A DNA stretch of 64,000 nt from Candidatus Cytomitobacter primus (GCF_008189405.1 NZ_CP043316.1:558258-622257); one strand, 5' to 3'; counted from the first letter of the stretch, positions 20,477-30,510 are shown. The notes: generated from the letters alone by a model not told the origin. A program made the numbers and translations.

Positions 20477-22150
20477 ATGAAATGTCATCGTAATATTTTA
20501 ATTGTTGTTTTTTCGAGTTTTTTAATGTATGATTCCCCTCACGCTATGGGAGAAGAATTAAATAAAGATACAAATAATATGTGTGCATTTATAGTACAAG
20601 CTTTAGAAGGCGATGCTGTACAAAATAGATCAGATCTTGTGAACATTCTTAAAGAAACATCTATGGTTATGTTAGAATTAGAAGAAATAAAAGGTAAATT
20701 AAGTGGATTATCTTCAAAATTAAGAGGATACGGGTTTGATGATCATAAATCAGGAACGGAATCAGAGAAAAAATTAATAGCAAAAGAAGTAGAAGAATCA
20801 GTTGATAATCAAGAGAAAACTACTATTTGTGATGAGAATGCACCTAATTGCGAATCACAGGAATCACAGGGATTAAGTGATAGTTCTGGTAGTAGCTCTT
20901 CAGGTAATACGAGCCCATCACATGATGAAATATCAGATTCTAAGCAACCAGAAACAGAGCTGGTAGTAGCATCTGAAACAAAAAAAGCAGATAGTCAAGA
21001 AACTACCAACTGTAATGAGAATACTACTACATTGCTAGATTCTAAGAAGGATGTTGCAAGTAGAGCTGTATTAGATGCTTCGACAGAATGTGATGACATA
21101 GAAGAACTTGATGCAAAATATAAATATACTAAACCAGAAGAACCATATGCTGCATACTATACTACAATTCAGGAAGATATAGAAATATTAAAACACGAAA
21201 TAATGACAACATATGTAGAAGCTGATAGCATAAAGCAAAAATTACAATTGAACCAAAGAGTTGTTAGTATACCTGATCTAAGTAATGCTAGCCTTACTAG
21301 CTCTGTTCATGATGTACGTTTCAATGAAATTGATATATCAAAGATGCATTATGATCCTAATCACTTTAGACTTCATACATTAGAGTTATACGATTGCACT
21401 GGCGTTTCATTGCCTCGTATAGATCTATATGACATTTTTCAAATATCTATTATTAACCATTTAGGTTCTGAGATGAATGCAAGTGATTTTTTTATGTTAC
21501 CTATAGATTTTAATCCTTCAGTAGTAAATATTATAAATAGCAATTTAAGTGGTGTGTTTATGGGATTATCAAATACTGTATACAAATTGTTAACATTAAA
21601 CATATCGCATAATGCACTTAAGAAATTTGAGAAATTCTCAGCACCAAAATTACAAGTTTTGAATGGTAATGACAATTCATTTACAAATTTACCATTATAT
21701 TTAGAAAACTTGCAATATTTATTTTTACAAAACAATCTTATTAATAATATTGATTGTGATAATAGTTTGAAATCATTGAGAGTGCTAGATTTAAGTGGCA
21801 ATAATCTTAGTACCCTGAATAGCAACATATTGAAAATTGGTTCAATTGCTCCTAATCTTGAAGAATTGCATATAAGTCATAATAAAATGGAAGGGTTTAT
21901 AGATCTAGGGGATATCCCAAAACTAAGAATACTTAAAGCTTCTGATAACATCAGATTATCAATTAGATTTAATCGTAATATAGAATATATTGATGTTACT
22001 AATACTTACATCATGGAAGTTACTAACTGTCCAGCAGTAGCTTTCATTACATTTGAATATACCCCTAGCATGGTATCAAGCACTGTAATATCACGTACTG
22101 AATCACTTTTAAAATCAGATGAGTTTAAAAAAAAACTAATTGTGAATTAA
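20477..22150 (+). CDS. leucine-rich repeat protein, N-terminal part (probable frameshifted fragment)
   Basis: 557 aa. Acidic and Ser-rich disordered middle. C-terminal LRRs (LDLSGNNLSTLNSNIL, LEELHISHNKMEGF). Ends immediately after an A9 run, and the downstream frame stays open into the next LRR ORF. Confidence 0.6.
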   Translation: MKCHRNILIVVFSSFLMYDSPHAMGEELNKDTNNMCAFIVQALEGDAVQNRSDLVNILKETSMVMLELEEIKGKLSGLSSKLRGYGFDDHKSGTESEKKLIAKEVEESVDNQEKTTICDENAPNCESQESQGLSDSSGSSSSGNTSPSHDEISDSKQPETELVVASETKKADSQETTNCNENTTTLLDSKKDVASRAVLDASTECDDIEELDAKYKYTKPEEPYAAYYTTIQEDIEILKHEIMTTYVEADSIKQKLQLNQRVVSIPDLSNASLTSSVHDVRFNEIDISKMHYDPNHFRLHTLELYDCTGVSLPRIDLYDIFQISIINHLGSEMNASDFFMLPIDFNPSVVNIINSNLSGVFMGLSNTVYKLLTLNISHNALKKFEKFSAPKLQVLNGNDNSFTNLPLYLENLQYLFLQNNLINNIDCDNSLKSLRVLDLSGNNLSTLNSNILKIGSIAPNLEELHISHNKMEGFIDLGDIPKLRILKASDNIRLSIRFNRNIEYIDVTNTYIMEVTNCPAVAFITFEYTPSMVSSTVISRTESLLKSDEFKKKLIVN

Positions 22151-22236
22151 TAGACACGCTGAGCAGTGAAGAATCTGATGAAAGTGAAGAACTTGATGAA
22201 GATATAGAAAATATACAATTTCTAAAAAATGAGCTA

Positions 22237-23241
22237 ATGGTAAATGGAAATAGTATTGGAAATCTTTATGTTGTACGTGGTTGCACAAAAGTAGTACTTA
22301 ATGATATAAAATTGACAGGAAATAAGTTAAGTATTCTGGATAAAATTATTAGTATAAATGAGTTAAGATATCTTGATTTAGTGAATTGTGCTTTGACCAA
22401 GGCTTTACCTAATATATTTACTTTACAACTATTAGAATGCCTATCTTTATCTAATAACAACTTATCAGAAATTGTAATAGCAAAAAAAACACTACCATGT
22501 TTAAGAAAGCTTGATTTATCTCGTAATAATTTATCAAAATTCAGTTGTAGGTTTCTACGACAAATAGAAGATTTGGATTTAAGTAGAAATAAAATTAGTG
22601 ACCTTAAATATATAAAAAATATGAAAAATCTAGTTTCTTTAAATATAGCTAATAATAATATAGATCAATTAGATGATATTGGCGATTTAGTTAATATAGA
22701 AATACTTAACTTTGTAAATAATCGTATTTCAAAATTACCATGCTTAGATGCTCTGCAAAAATTACGTGGATATTATGCACGTAATAATAGGTTTGCATGC
22801 ATAGAAGAAACTTTCAAACCTATTCATAATATAATTTGTAGGAAAGTTCCAATAGGCGTAATATATAATCCAGATACTATGAGATATGTTGTGAAATATG
22901 GTTATCATCATACAATGAATGATGCTCTATATTACCTTCCCTATGAGATGCATATTTGTGGTGGGGATGGAAAAGAATATGATGCAATAGAGAAAGTCTC
23001 ACATACCGATGACGATAAGATATCTAAATTCAAAAAAGAATATAGAGTTGGAATTCCCAATTATAATTCTAAACATAGAATGCAAATACATGGAAATGTA
23101 GATAAAGGGATATATGATTTCATTAGTCATTATGTAACTGTGGATTGTGTGTATTGTGAAGTCAGTAGTACTAATAGACCCCCATCTAATTATGAAGATA
23201 ATTTTCAAAACATGCAGAGATGCGCATGCTATGGCTATTAG
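22237..23241 (+). CDS. leucine-rich repeat protein, C-terminal part
   Basis: 334 aa. Tandem LRRs (LDLSRNNLSKF, LDLSRNKISDLKYIKNMKNLVSLNIANNNIDQL). Its reading frame is open upstream to at least 22141, which suggests it was originally fused to the 20477-22150 ORF. Confidence 0.6.
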   Translation: MVNGNSIGNLYVVRGCTKVVLNDIKLTGNKLSILDKIISINELRYLDLVNCALTKALPNIFTLQLLECLSLSNNNLSEIVIAKKTLPCLRKLDLSRNNLSKFSCRFLRQIEDLDLSRNKISDLKYIKNMKNLVSLNIANNNIDQLDDIGDLVNIEILNFVNNRISKLPCLDALQKLRGYYARNNRFACIEETFKPIHNIICRKVPIGVIYNPDTMRYVVKYGYHHTMNDALYYLPYEMHICGGDGKEYDAIEKVSHTDDDKISKFKKEYRVGIPNYNSKHRMQIHGNVDKGIYDFISHYVTVDCVYCEVSSTNRPPSNYEDNFQNMQRCACYGY

Positions 23242-23689
23242 ATTTGTTTATCATTAGTAATTATGCATCTTGATATTTATTCGTAATGTTTTTTATTATG
23301 CCTTATAATACCATTTTCAATTAATAAATTAAACTTAAGTTACTTTGAATCGCAATCATTTATACCAGAAGATTAGATTAACTATATAAAAATATTAGAT
23401 CTTTGAAGCAGTTGGTTGAAAGGTTTATACATATAATAAGATCATAGTTAGTTAGGATAGCAATGAGAGAAGGGAATTATTTCTACTGCTAATAGTTATG
23501 ACCATTTGATGTTATGACAATATATATCATCATAAGGTAAATGGATGGGATGAATAATTTAGAATATCTATACATTATGCTGCTTCGATTGCCTAAAAAT
23601 GTATTTTCAATAATCTCAATTAATAAATCATAGTATTATATACTATTATAAACTAATCCTATATATCAATAACGTAATAACATTTTTCT

Positions 23690-24241
23690 TAATATTATAT
23701 AGGTTTGTTAAGTTTATGGATTAATACAGACACATTATTGCAGGGATTTGATTTTTTCGTTTGAGATTGCATTTAGTTTCTCAATGTCTGAAGATTCTAG
23801 TTTTAACATGCCCTCTAATGCGTCCTTTGCACTGTTCATGAAGTCTCGCCCTCTAGCATTCTCCTTGTATTCTGCCCATCTTAAGAACAAGAAGTTTCCA
23901 AAGATCTCTCCCATCATGTCCTTATCACCTTCGTATCCATTCAGCAATTCCTCTGCTCTGTCAAACAAGTGTACGATATAATCCTCATGATCACGTTCCT
24001 TCGCAAGCTTAGCAGCTTCTTCTTTTCTTAATGCTGTAACAGCCTTGTCTCCATCAGATTTTGCATACCAGTCAGCATAATCCTTCTTGAAAAACTCAAC
24101 GTCACCTCTACGCTCCTCCCCGGGATAATATGCTTGGAATTTTCGGTCTCCTCCTCCATTTCCAACTTTATAATAAAGCTTACTCCTAATAATTGCATTT
24201 AACATACTTATCAGCCTCCTTAAAATGCTTTTGCATAGCAT
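23690..24241 (-). repeat. conserved 3' block of the paralogue family, copy 2
   Basis: Reverse complement is near-identical to 11761-12290. Confidence 0.8.
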
Positions 24242-25070
24242 TCCCTACCTTGACAGTTCTAATTACATTCCAAGATGCATCCTGTCTAACAACCTCATCA
24301 AGCATGATTTTAAATTTCTCCAAGCCTTTTGCCGCCTCAACTGCCATCTTCTTTAACGCAATATGCTTTGCAATGTTTGTAAAATGTTCCTTGTCTTTTG
24401 ATAGGGATTGTAAAATAGTTGCATTAACCTTTGCTGCTTCCGCTTTATCGCTCAGCATCGATAATCCTGGATTTTCTAGGTTGTACTCATATATTGAATT
24501 GTAGTACAAACTATGAGCTTCCAACCTATCTGATTCTAAGTCCCAATCAACTTCTAATGTTCCATTTTGAGACCTGTCAGCAAGATATACAGCATTTTTG
24601 AATACATCACCATCCATGTCATAGTTACCATACGCATCTGCTAACTCCGCATAGCGAGTACTCTGCTTCATTATGTAAGAACGGGACTCATAAACGTATC
24701 GCAACATGGCATATTCAGTAGCTTGCTCATCCTTTAAATTATTTAGTTGTTCTTGCAACTCTTCTTCACTATATTTAGATAATGATTCTATGTATTCATC
24801 TTCATCATCTTGGTTAATCATTTGCATATATACGATTGATTTACACTTATTATCTGTAAGATCTTTAACAACTTCTTTAGTTCCATCAAGTACAGTTTGA
24901 TAAAACTCATCATCTCTACATTCTAAATTAGATTCCTCCAGCTCTATTGCTAAAGATTGATCAGATTTCTTCAAACAATATGCAAATTTACTTGTGCATT
25001 CCGTTAATTCTGGGCCATTTGCCATAACTGATAAGCATAATACCAGCGATAAAATTCTTAGATTCTTCAT
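23735..25070 (-). pseudogene. paralogue family copy 2, disrupted by an internal deletion of ~100 codons plus a frameshift
   Basis: Two overlapping ORFs in different frames. The 294-aa N-terminal part (signal peptide plus central block) ends at 24186 with KEADKYVKCNY. The 168-aa C-terminal block begins at 24241 with MLNAIIRSKLYYKVGNGGG. The region homologous to copy 1 aa ~292-395 is missing. Confidence 0.7.
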
Positions 25071-25093
25071 ATATCTCCCTTATAAATTGATTT

Positions 25094-25122
25094 ATTATGT
25101 TATATTTACACCTAAATAACAA
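25094..25122 (-). promoter_or_regulatory. sigma70-like promoter TTGTTA-N17-CATAAT of family copy 2 (reverse strand)
   Basis: Reverse complement of 25071-25150 is identical to 10543-10622, including the RBS AAGGGAG. Confidence 0.45.
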
Positions 25123-25217
25123 GAGATTTTGCAGGAAAACCTACCTGAAATAGGCATAATTTATATAATATTTAGGTAGCAATCTTATAGAGTGTACTAT
25201 TTCTAATAATAATTATC

Positions 25218-25763
25218 CTAATCGAATATTTCTTCTTTTATCACTTTCCCACCCATATCAAACTGCTTCCATATTCCTGATTTATTTCCATCTATGTATT
25301 GTCCAAATTCTAGAATATTAGATGATTTTGGGTGATATGTAATAGAATTTCCGTAAAGTAAATCATCTTTATAATTCTCTTCTTTGACTAAATACCCTTT
25401 TCCAAATATGAAAAATGCTCCATGTTTTTTATTATCCTTATATGCTCCTATTTGCGATAAATTACGATTCTCAAATATATACATAGCGCCATCTGGTTTT
25501 TCACCCTTATAGTTCATGATCAAACTTAATTCACCATTTTTATAAATTTCTACAACTCCATCAATTTTCCCATCTTTATAATTGACTCTTTGTGCAATGG
25601 ATCCATTTTTATAATATATGCTCTCTCCATTTCGCACGCCATCTTTCAATATATGCTTCTCAACAACTTTTCCATCAATCACAACTTCTTCAAATTGTTG
25701 CTCTGGAATTTCTTCAGTTTTACAGTTCAATTCATGCTTTTTTATAATCTGCTCAATATTCAT
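25218..25763 (-). CDS. MORN-repeat (MORN_2 / YwqK-like) protein, translationally coupled to vgrG
   Basis: 181 aa. Repeated YKNG/YKDGK/YKGEKPDG units. Its ATG shares one nucleotide with the vgrG stop (TAATG). Confidence 0.6.
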   Translation of the reverse strand: MNIEQIIKKHELNCKTEEIPEQQFEEVVIDGKVVEKHILKDGVRNGESIYYKNGSIAQRVNYKDGKIDGVVEIYKNGELSLIMNYKGEKPDGAMYIFENRNLSQIGAYKDNKKHGAFFIFGKGYLVKEENYKDDLLYGNSITYHPKSSNILEFGQYIDGNKSGIWKQFDMGGKVIKEEIFD

Positions 25764-28700
25764 TAGTTTAAATTCACCATTCCTGCTTTTATATTAATCA
25801 TTGCTGATGCTTCAATATCTGCTGTTGTATCACTTTTTAGCGCCACAATTCCTCCTTTTAAGTTTAAATTACCCCCAGCTTCCAAAGTTAGGTTTCCTCC
25901 AGATTTAATTGTAAAATTGCTAGATGCCTTATATGTAATCTGATTTGCTTCAATTTCCATATTTCCTCCTGAGATTTTGATAGTATGATTTCCACTATTA
26001 ATCGTTATATCTTTGTTCCCGGAAATTTCTTCTTTACTATTACCATTCCCTAGATTTATTTCCATATTCCCTTTAGAAATTTCGATATTCATATTTCCAT
26101 CCTGAAGTGTAATTTCTTTATTTCCCTTGTTTAAATCTAATTTATAATTACCTTCCTCAATTTTCGTAATCATATCTCCATTTTTGAGCTCAGTGAGGAA
26201 ATGCTTCGCTTCCTCTGATTCTAATTTAATCTCTTTGTTCCCTTTTTTGATGATTAATATATCATTTCCTTCTCCATCTGTAGGTTCATCTTCCCCAGAC
26301 AATTCTACCTTTCGATCTCCACGCCCAATAATCAATTCTGAAGATCCAGTTTGAATTGTAGAGCTTTTACCATCTTTAATAATTTCCTCATAATCTTTCT
26401 CAGCATGCAAAAATATTTTTTCTTCATTTGCTTTGTCCTCAAAGCTAAATTCATTGAATCCACGCTCTTCGCCTTCTTCAACATCTTTTAGCGATTCTGT
26501 TTTTAGGCCAGTTTTCGAAATAACATCTTCAGTTTCAACCAGATTATACGGTGGCATTGTAGTTCTATTATATAAGCACCCTGTAATAATTGGGTAATTT
26601 GGATTCCCATTTTCGAATGAAATTACAACTTCTTGCCCTATACGAGGAACAAAAAATCCTCCCCATTCATTTCCAGCGCCTCCCCATTGCGCAACACGAA
26701 TCCATACAGCTTGCTGCAGCATCTCTCCATTACTCAAATTCTTTCTCCCATTATCCCAATGGAAATAAACTTTCACTTGCCCTAGGTGATTTGTATAGAT
26801 TTTCTGATCCTCTCCACCAACAACAATTCCTGTCTGAATTCCTGCAATTTTCCTGTATGGCTCAGGTTTGACTTTAAATGGTTGATCAATTTTCGAAAAC
26901 ACGGCGCTATTTTCATAGTGTAAAACCATATCATCCAAATCTACAGTAGCATCATCCATATTTTTATCCACAGCCTGATATTCTAATTTATGAGAAACTC
27001 GCTTTACATAATACTGCCCATTCATCTCAATATCTGGGTGATGCGTAAGAACAAACTTGTATCCAGGGCTAACTTCCTGACGAAAAGTTTTTGTATGATA
27101 TTCTGTCTCACTTGTATCTGCATGTTGATTGCATATTCCATTATATTCTTTCACTTTTTGATCTGAGGTAAATGTTTCGCTATAATGATCATCCACATCG
27201 CTAGCAGAACTCTCTGATGAATTTGCCCCAGAGGAATTTTCAACTTCATGAATTATATTGCGCTTTTCAGGGTCAAGATCTGGGTTGAATCCTTGAAGTT
27301 GGGTGGAATTAGGGGCATATTTATGTGCAACATTCCATTGCGAGATATATTTATCGTTACGACCCTCCAATCCAGTTGTTGTATAATGCAAAGGACGAGA
27401 ATCGGTGAATGGGTCGGACATATCAAAAACTTTTGAAACAGCTCCATCTTCTACAGCCCCTTTCCCCTTAGATTGCGATTCAGCAACAATTTGCGTGTCA
27501 AAACCATCGTCGAAAATACTCATTTCTCCACTTTGTACGGAAGTATAGGCGTTCGCTCCTTTGGAGGCTAACTCTCCTGTGGGGCTATAGTTTTCAATGG
27601 CATTTTCATACCCTAAATATGTTTTATATGGCGAGGGAGATGAGGAAGCAGAAGGAGAAACACTACCTGATTCATCAGCAATTTCTGCACCATCTCCAGA
27701 ATTAAACCCAGCCAAATCATCTTCCTCTTCCTCGTCATCCGCATCATAGTTAGCATCTGCACTATCTGACACATCTGCTCCCTGAGGATTATTATAAAAC
27801 ACAATCCCTGTATGCACGTCCGTATGCTCAAAACAATAATAAACCCCAAAATCCCTACACAACCGATTCAATAACTCCCAATCCGTCTCCTCATACTGCA
27901 CTATATATTCAGGAAAATCCTCCTGTTCACTCTTAGCAAAATTTGTCTGATCATCATAATTCAAATATTTACTCCTTGGATTCTCAATCGCAGCCATACG
28001 ATATTGTGCATCCAAAATACTCATATTAATATCAATAATTACCTTATCATAATGATTATCATGCTGGTCATTCTTTGCCTCAAATTCATCTATTTGAATT
28101 TCATAATCATCTGATTGTGATTCATAATTTCCATGTATGGCAACTAATTCTGAAGTTCTATCTTTTGATTTTTCATCTTTTAAAGTTATATTATTTTTCT
28201 TTATTAATCTTTCAATAATATTTGCCATTAATTTTGACTTGTTAAATATGATATCTTGATTTTGCTCAACTGGTGCGTCATCTACAGATGGATAGAAAAT
28301 ACGATTACGTTTTGTGCCTAATTTAAATTGCATTTCAGGAATCATGCTAAACCCATAAACATAATATTGCTCTTCCTTAGTTGGGGTTTTTATTCCTAAA
28401 TATGTCCATTCATTGATTATTCCATGCCAATATTTTCTATCAATATTTGGCTTGCCAACACTTAAGCCCATGTGCATTTTTTTACTAATCATATTTGGTT
28501 TTTTCTCAAAAAATGCAACTTCTCCTTGAATAAAGAATGGTTGAGATAACCCTTCCTCTATATTAACTTTATAAACTCTCCCTAAATGACGTTTATATCT
28601 TCTATCTTCATCAGTTTTAGGTTGCCATTGATCATAACCTAAGGTCGCTAATCCAATCATTTCAAAATCAGAATTATCTTCAACCTTTTGGTTATGCTTA

Positions 28701-28768
28701 TAAGTATTATTATAATCTTCTTCTAAGGTATAATCTTTTTTTTCGAGCTCTTCAGGCATTTGAGACAA
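25763..28768 (-). CDS. vgrG: type VI secretion spike protein VgrG
   Basis: 1001 aa. gp5-like OB-fold block VAQWGGAGNEWGGFFVPRIGQEVVISFENGNPNYPIITGCLYN. C-terminal beta-helix repeats (SGNKDITINSGNHTIKISGGNMEIEANQITYK...). Acidic low-complexity insert (DADDEEEEDDLAGFNSGDGAE...). Confidence 0.85.
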   Translation of the reverse strand: MSQMPEELEKKDYTLEEDYNNTYKHNQKVEDNSDFEMIGLATLGYDQWQPKTDEDRRYKRHLGRVYKVNIEEGLSQPFFIQGEVAFFEKKPNMISKKMHMGLSVGKPNIDRKYWHGIINEWTYLGIKTPTKEEQYYVYGFSMIPEMQFKLGTKRNRIFYPSVDDAPVEQNQDIIFNKSKLMANIIERLIKKNNITLKDEKSKDRTSELVAIHGNYESQSDDYEIQIDEFEAKNDQHDNHYDKVIIDINMSILDAQYRMAAIENPRSKYLNYDDQTNFAKSEQEDFPEYIVQYEETDWELLNRLCRDFGVYYCFEHTDVHTGIVFYNNPQGADVSDSADANYDADDEEEEDDLAGFNSGDGAEIADESGSVSPSASSSPSPYKTYLGYENAIENYSPTGELASKGANAYTSVQSGEMSIFDDGFDTQIVAESQSKGKGAVEDGAVSKVFDMSDPFTDSRPLHYTTTGLEGRNDKYISQWNVAHKYAPNSTQLQGFNPDLDPEKRNIIHEVENSSGANSSESSASDVDDHYSETFTSDQKVKEYNGICNQHADTSETEYHTKTFRQEVSPGYKFVLTHHPDIEMNGQYYVKRVSHKLEYQAVDKNMDDATVDLDDMVLHYENSAVFSKIDQPFKVKPEPYRKIAGIQTGIVVGGEDQKIYTNHLGQVKVYFHWDNGRKNLSNGEMLQQAVWIRVAQWGGAGNEWGGFFVPRIGQEVVISFENGNPNYPIITGCLYNRTTMPPYNLVETEDVISKTGLKTESLKDVEEGEERGFNEFSFEDKANEEKIFLHAEKDYEEIIKDGKSSTIQTGSSELIIGRGDRKVELSGEDEPTDGEGNDILIIKKGNKEIKLESEEAKHFLTELKNGDMITKIEEGNYKLDLNKGNKEITLQDGNMNIEISKGNMEINLGNGNSKEEISGNKDITINSGNHTIKISGGNMEIEANQITYKASSNFTIKSGGNLTLEAGGNLNLKGGIVALKSDTTADIEASAMINIKAGMVNLN

Positions 28769-28846
28769 TATATGAGATGATGGTTAATATTCTCTTAAAA
28801 TTATGCTGGGCTTTCCTACAATTTATTAATAAACACCACATAAATC

Positions 28847-28875
28847 TTGTTATTTAAGGATAGATGGAACATAAT
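28847..28875 (+). promoter_or_regulatory. sigma70-like promoter TTGTTA-N17-CATAAT of family copy 3, followed by RBS AAGGGAG
   Basis: Same hexamers and spacing as copies 1 and 2. Divergent from the vgrG promoter region. Confidence 0.45.
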
Positions 28876-28898
28876 AAGTCAATTTATAAGGGAGATAT

Positions 28899-30497
28899 AT
28901 GAAGAATCTAAAAATCTTATCATTACTATTATGTTTATCAGTTATGGCAAATGGCCCAGAATTAACGGAATGTACAAGTAAGTTTGCGTATTGTTTGAAG
29001 AGTCCTGGTCGCGCAACGGAAGTTGCTGTGCCAAATATGGGTGCACAGGTTCTCACTGATGCCGTATATAAAAAGAGATACGATATAGTAAAGGGTGCAA
29101 TTCCATCAATAGATGAAGAGAAGTGCAAATATCTTGTATATACAATGATTATTAATAGAAAAAGCAAACCAGAATATGTTAAGAAAATAGGTGAGAATAC
29201 AGTTGAGCAATTGTTTGCAGGTTTATCCAATGCGGATAAATCATATGCCATGCTGCGATACGTTTATGAATCTCGTCCTTACATAATGAAGCAGAGTGCT
29301 CGCTATGCGGAGTTAGCAGATGCGTATGGTAACTATGACATGGATGGGGATGTGTTCAAGAATGCTATGTATTTGGCAGAGAGATCTCAAAATGGAACCT
29401 TAGAAGTTGATTGGGACTTAGAGTCAGATAGGCTAGAAGCTCATAGTTTGTATTATAACTCGATATATGAGTACAACCTAGAAAATCCAGGATTATCGAT
29501 GATTAGTGACAAAGCAGAAGCAGCAAAGGTTAATGCAACTATTTTACAATCCCTATCAAAAGACAAGGAACATTTTACAAACATTGCAAAGCATATTGCA
29601 TTAAAGAAGATGGCAGTTGAGGCAGCTAAGGGGTTAGAGAAATTTAAAATCATGCTTGATGAGGTTGTAAGGCAGGATGCGTCTTGGAATATGGTTCATA
29701 TAGTTCAGATGAACAAGGCTGCACAAAAGCATTTTAAAGATACTCAACTTTATTTAGATGATTTGGTAGGCGTAGAAATAACTATGTCAGATCTGAGATC
29801 AATTAAGAATGTCCAAGGTGGATATGTAGTTATTTTTGGCGATAAAGACAAAGTAAAATTTGATGAGATTATAGAATTATTTAATACAGATAGGGAAAAA
29901 TGCAAAGAGCTTATTTGGGAAAGAATAGTAGCGGGAGAAGAATATATAAACAAATATATAGTGAAGCCTATGTTTGATAAGCTCTTTAATGAGATGGAAA
30001 AGATGGACAAAGAAGTATTGCAAGAGGTAATAAATAGATCACGTAAAGAGAAAGTTTGGGGTGAAGTAGGAAATAGGGGAGGAGGAAAGAAGTTTCGCGC
30101 ATACTACCCAGGAGAGGAGCGTCGAGGTGACGTTGAGTTCTTCAAGAAGGATTATGCTGACTGGTATGCAAAATCTGATGGAGACAAGGCTGTTACAGCA
30201 TTAAGAAAAGAGGAAGCTGCTAAGCTTGCGAAGGAGCGTGATCATGAGGATTATATCGTACACTTGTTTGACAGAGCAGAGGAATTGCTGAATGGGTACG
30301 AAGGTGATAAGGACGTCATGGGAGAGATCTTTGGAAACTTCTTGTTCTTAAGATGGGCAGAATACAAAGAGAATGCTAGAGGGCGAGACTTCATGAACAG
30401 TGCAAAGGATGCCCTAGAAGGTATGTTAAAACTAGAATCTTCAGACATTGAGAAACTAAATGCAATCTCAAACGAAAAAATCAAATCCCTGCAATAA
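28899..30497 (+). CDS. secreted mosaic paralogue family protein, copy 3
   Basis: 532 aa. Same signal peptide, central block and C-terminal block as copy 1. The V1 and V2 cassettes are divergent but recognisably homologous. Confidence 0.85.
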   Translation: MKNLKILSLLLCLSVMANGPELTECTSKFAYCLKSPGRATEVAVPNMGAQVLTDAVYKKRYDIVKGAIPSIDEEKCKYLVYTMIINRKSKPEYVKKIGENTVEQLFAGLSNADKSYAMLRYVYESRPYIMKQSARYAELADAYGNYDMDGDVFKNAMYLAERSQNGTLEVDWDLESDRLEAHSLYYNSIYEYNLENPGLSMISDKAEAAKVNATILQSLSKDKEHFTNIAKHIALKKMAVEAAKGLEKFKIMLDEVVRQDASWNMVHIVQMNKAAQKHFKDTQLYLDDLVGVEITMSDLRSIKNVQGGYVVIFGDKDKVKFDEIIELFNTDREKCKELIWERIVAGEEYINKYIVKPMFDKLFNEMEKMDKEVLQEVINRSRKEKVWGEVGNRGGGKKFRAYYPGEERRGDVEFFKKDYADWYAKSDGDKAVTALRKEEAAKLAKERDHEDYIVHLFDRAEELLNGYEGDKDVMGEIFGNFLFLRWAEYKENARGRDFMNSAKDALEGMLKLESSDIEKLNAISNEKIKSLQ

Positions 30498-30510
30498 TGT
30501 GTCTGTTTTG
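30040..30510 (+). repeat. conserved 3' block of the paralogue family, copy 3
   Basis: Highly similar to 11800-12245. Encodes the same YYPGEERRGDVEFFKKDYADWYAKSDGDK...KIKSLQ tail. Confidence 0.75.
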
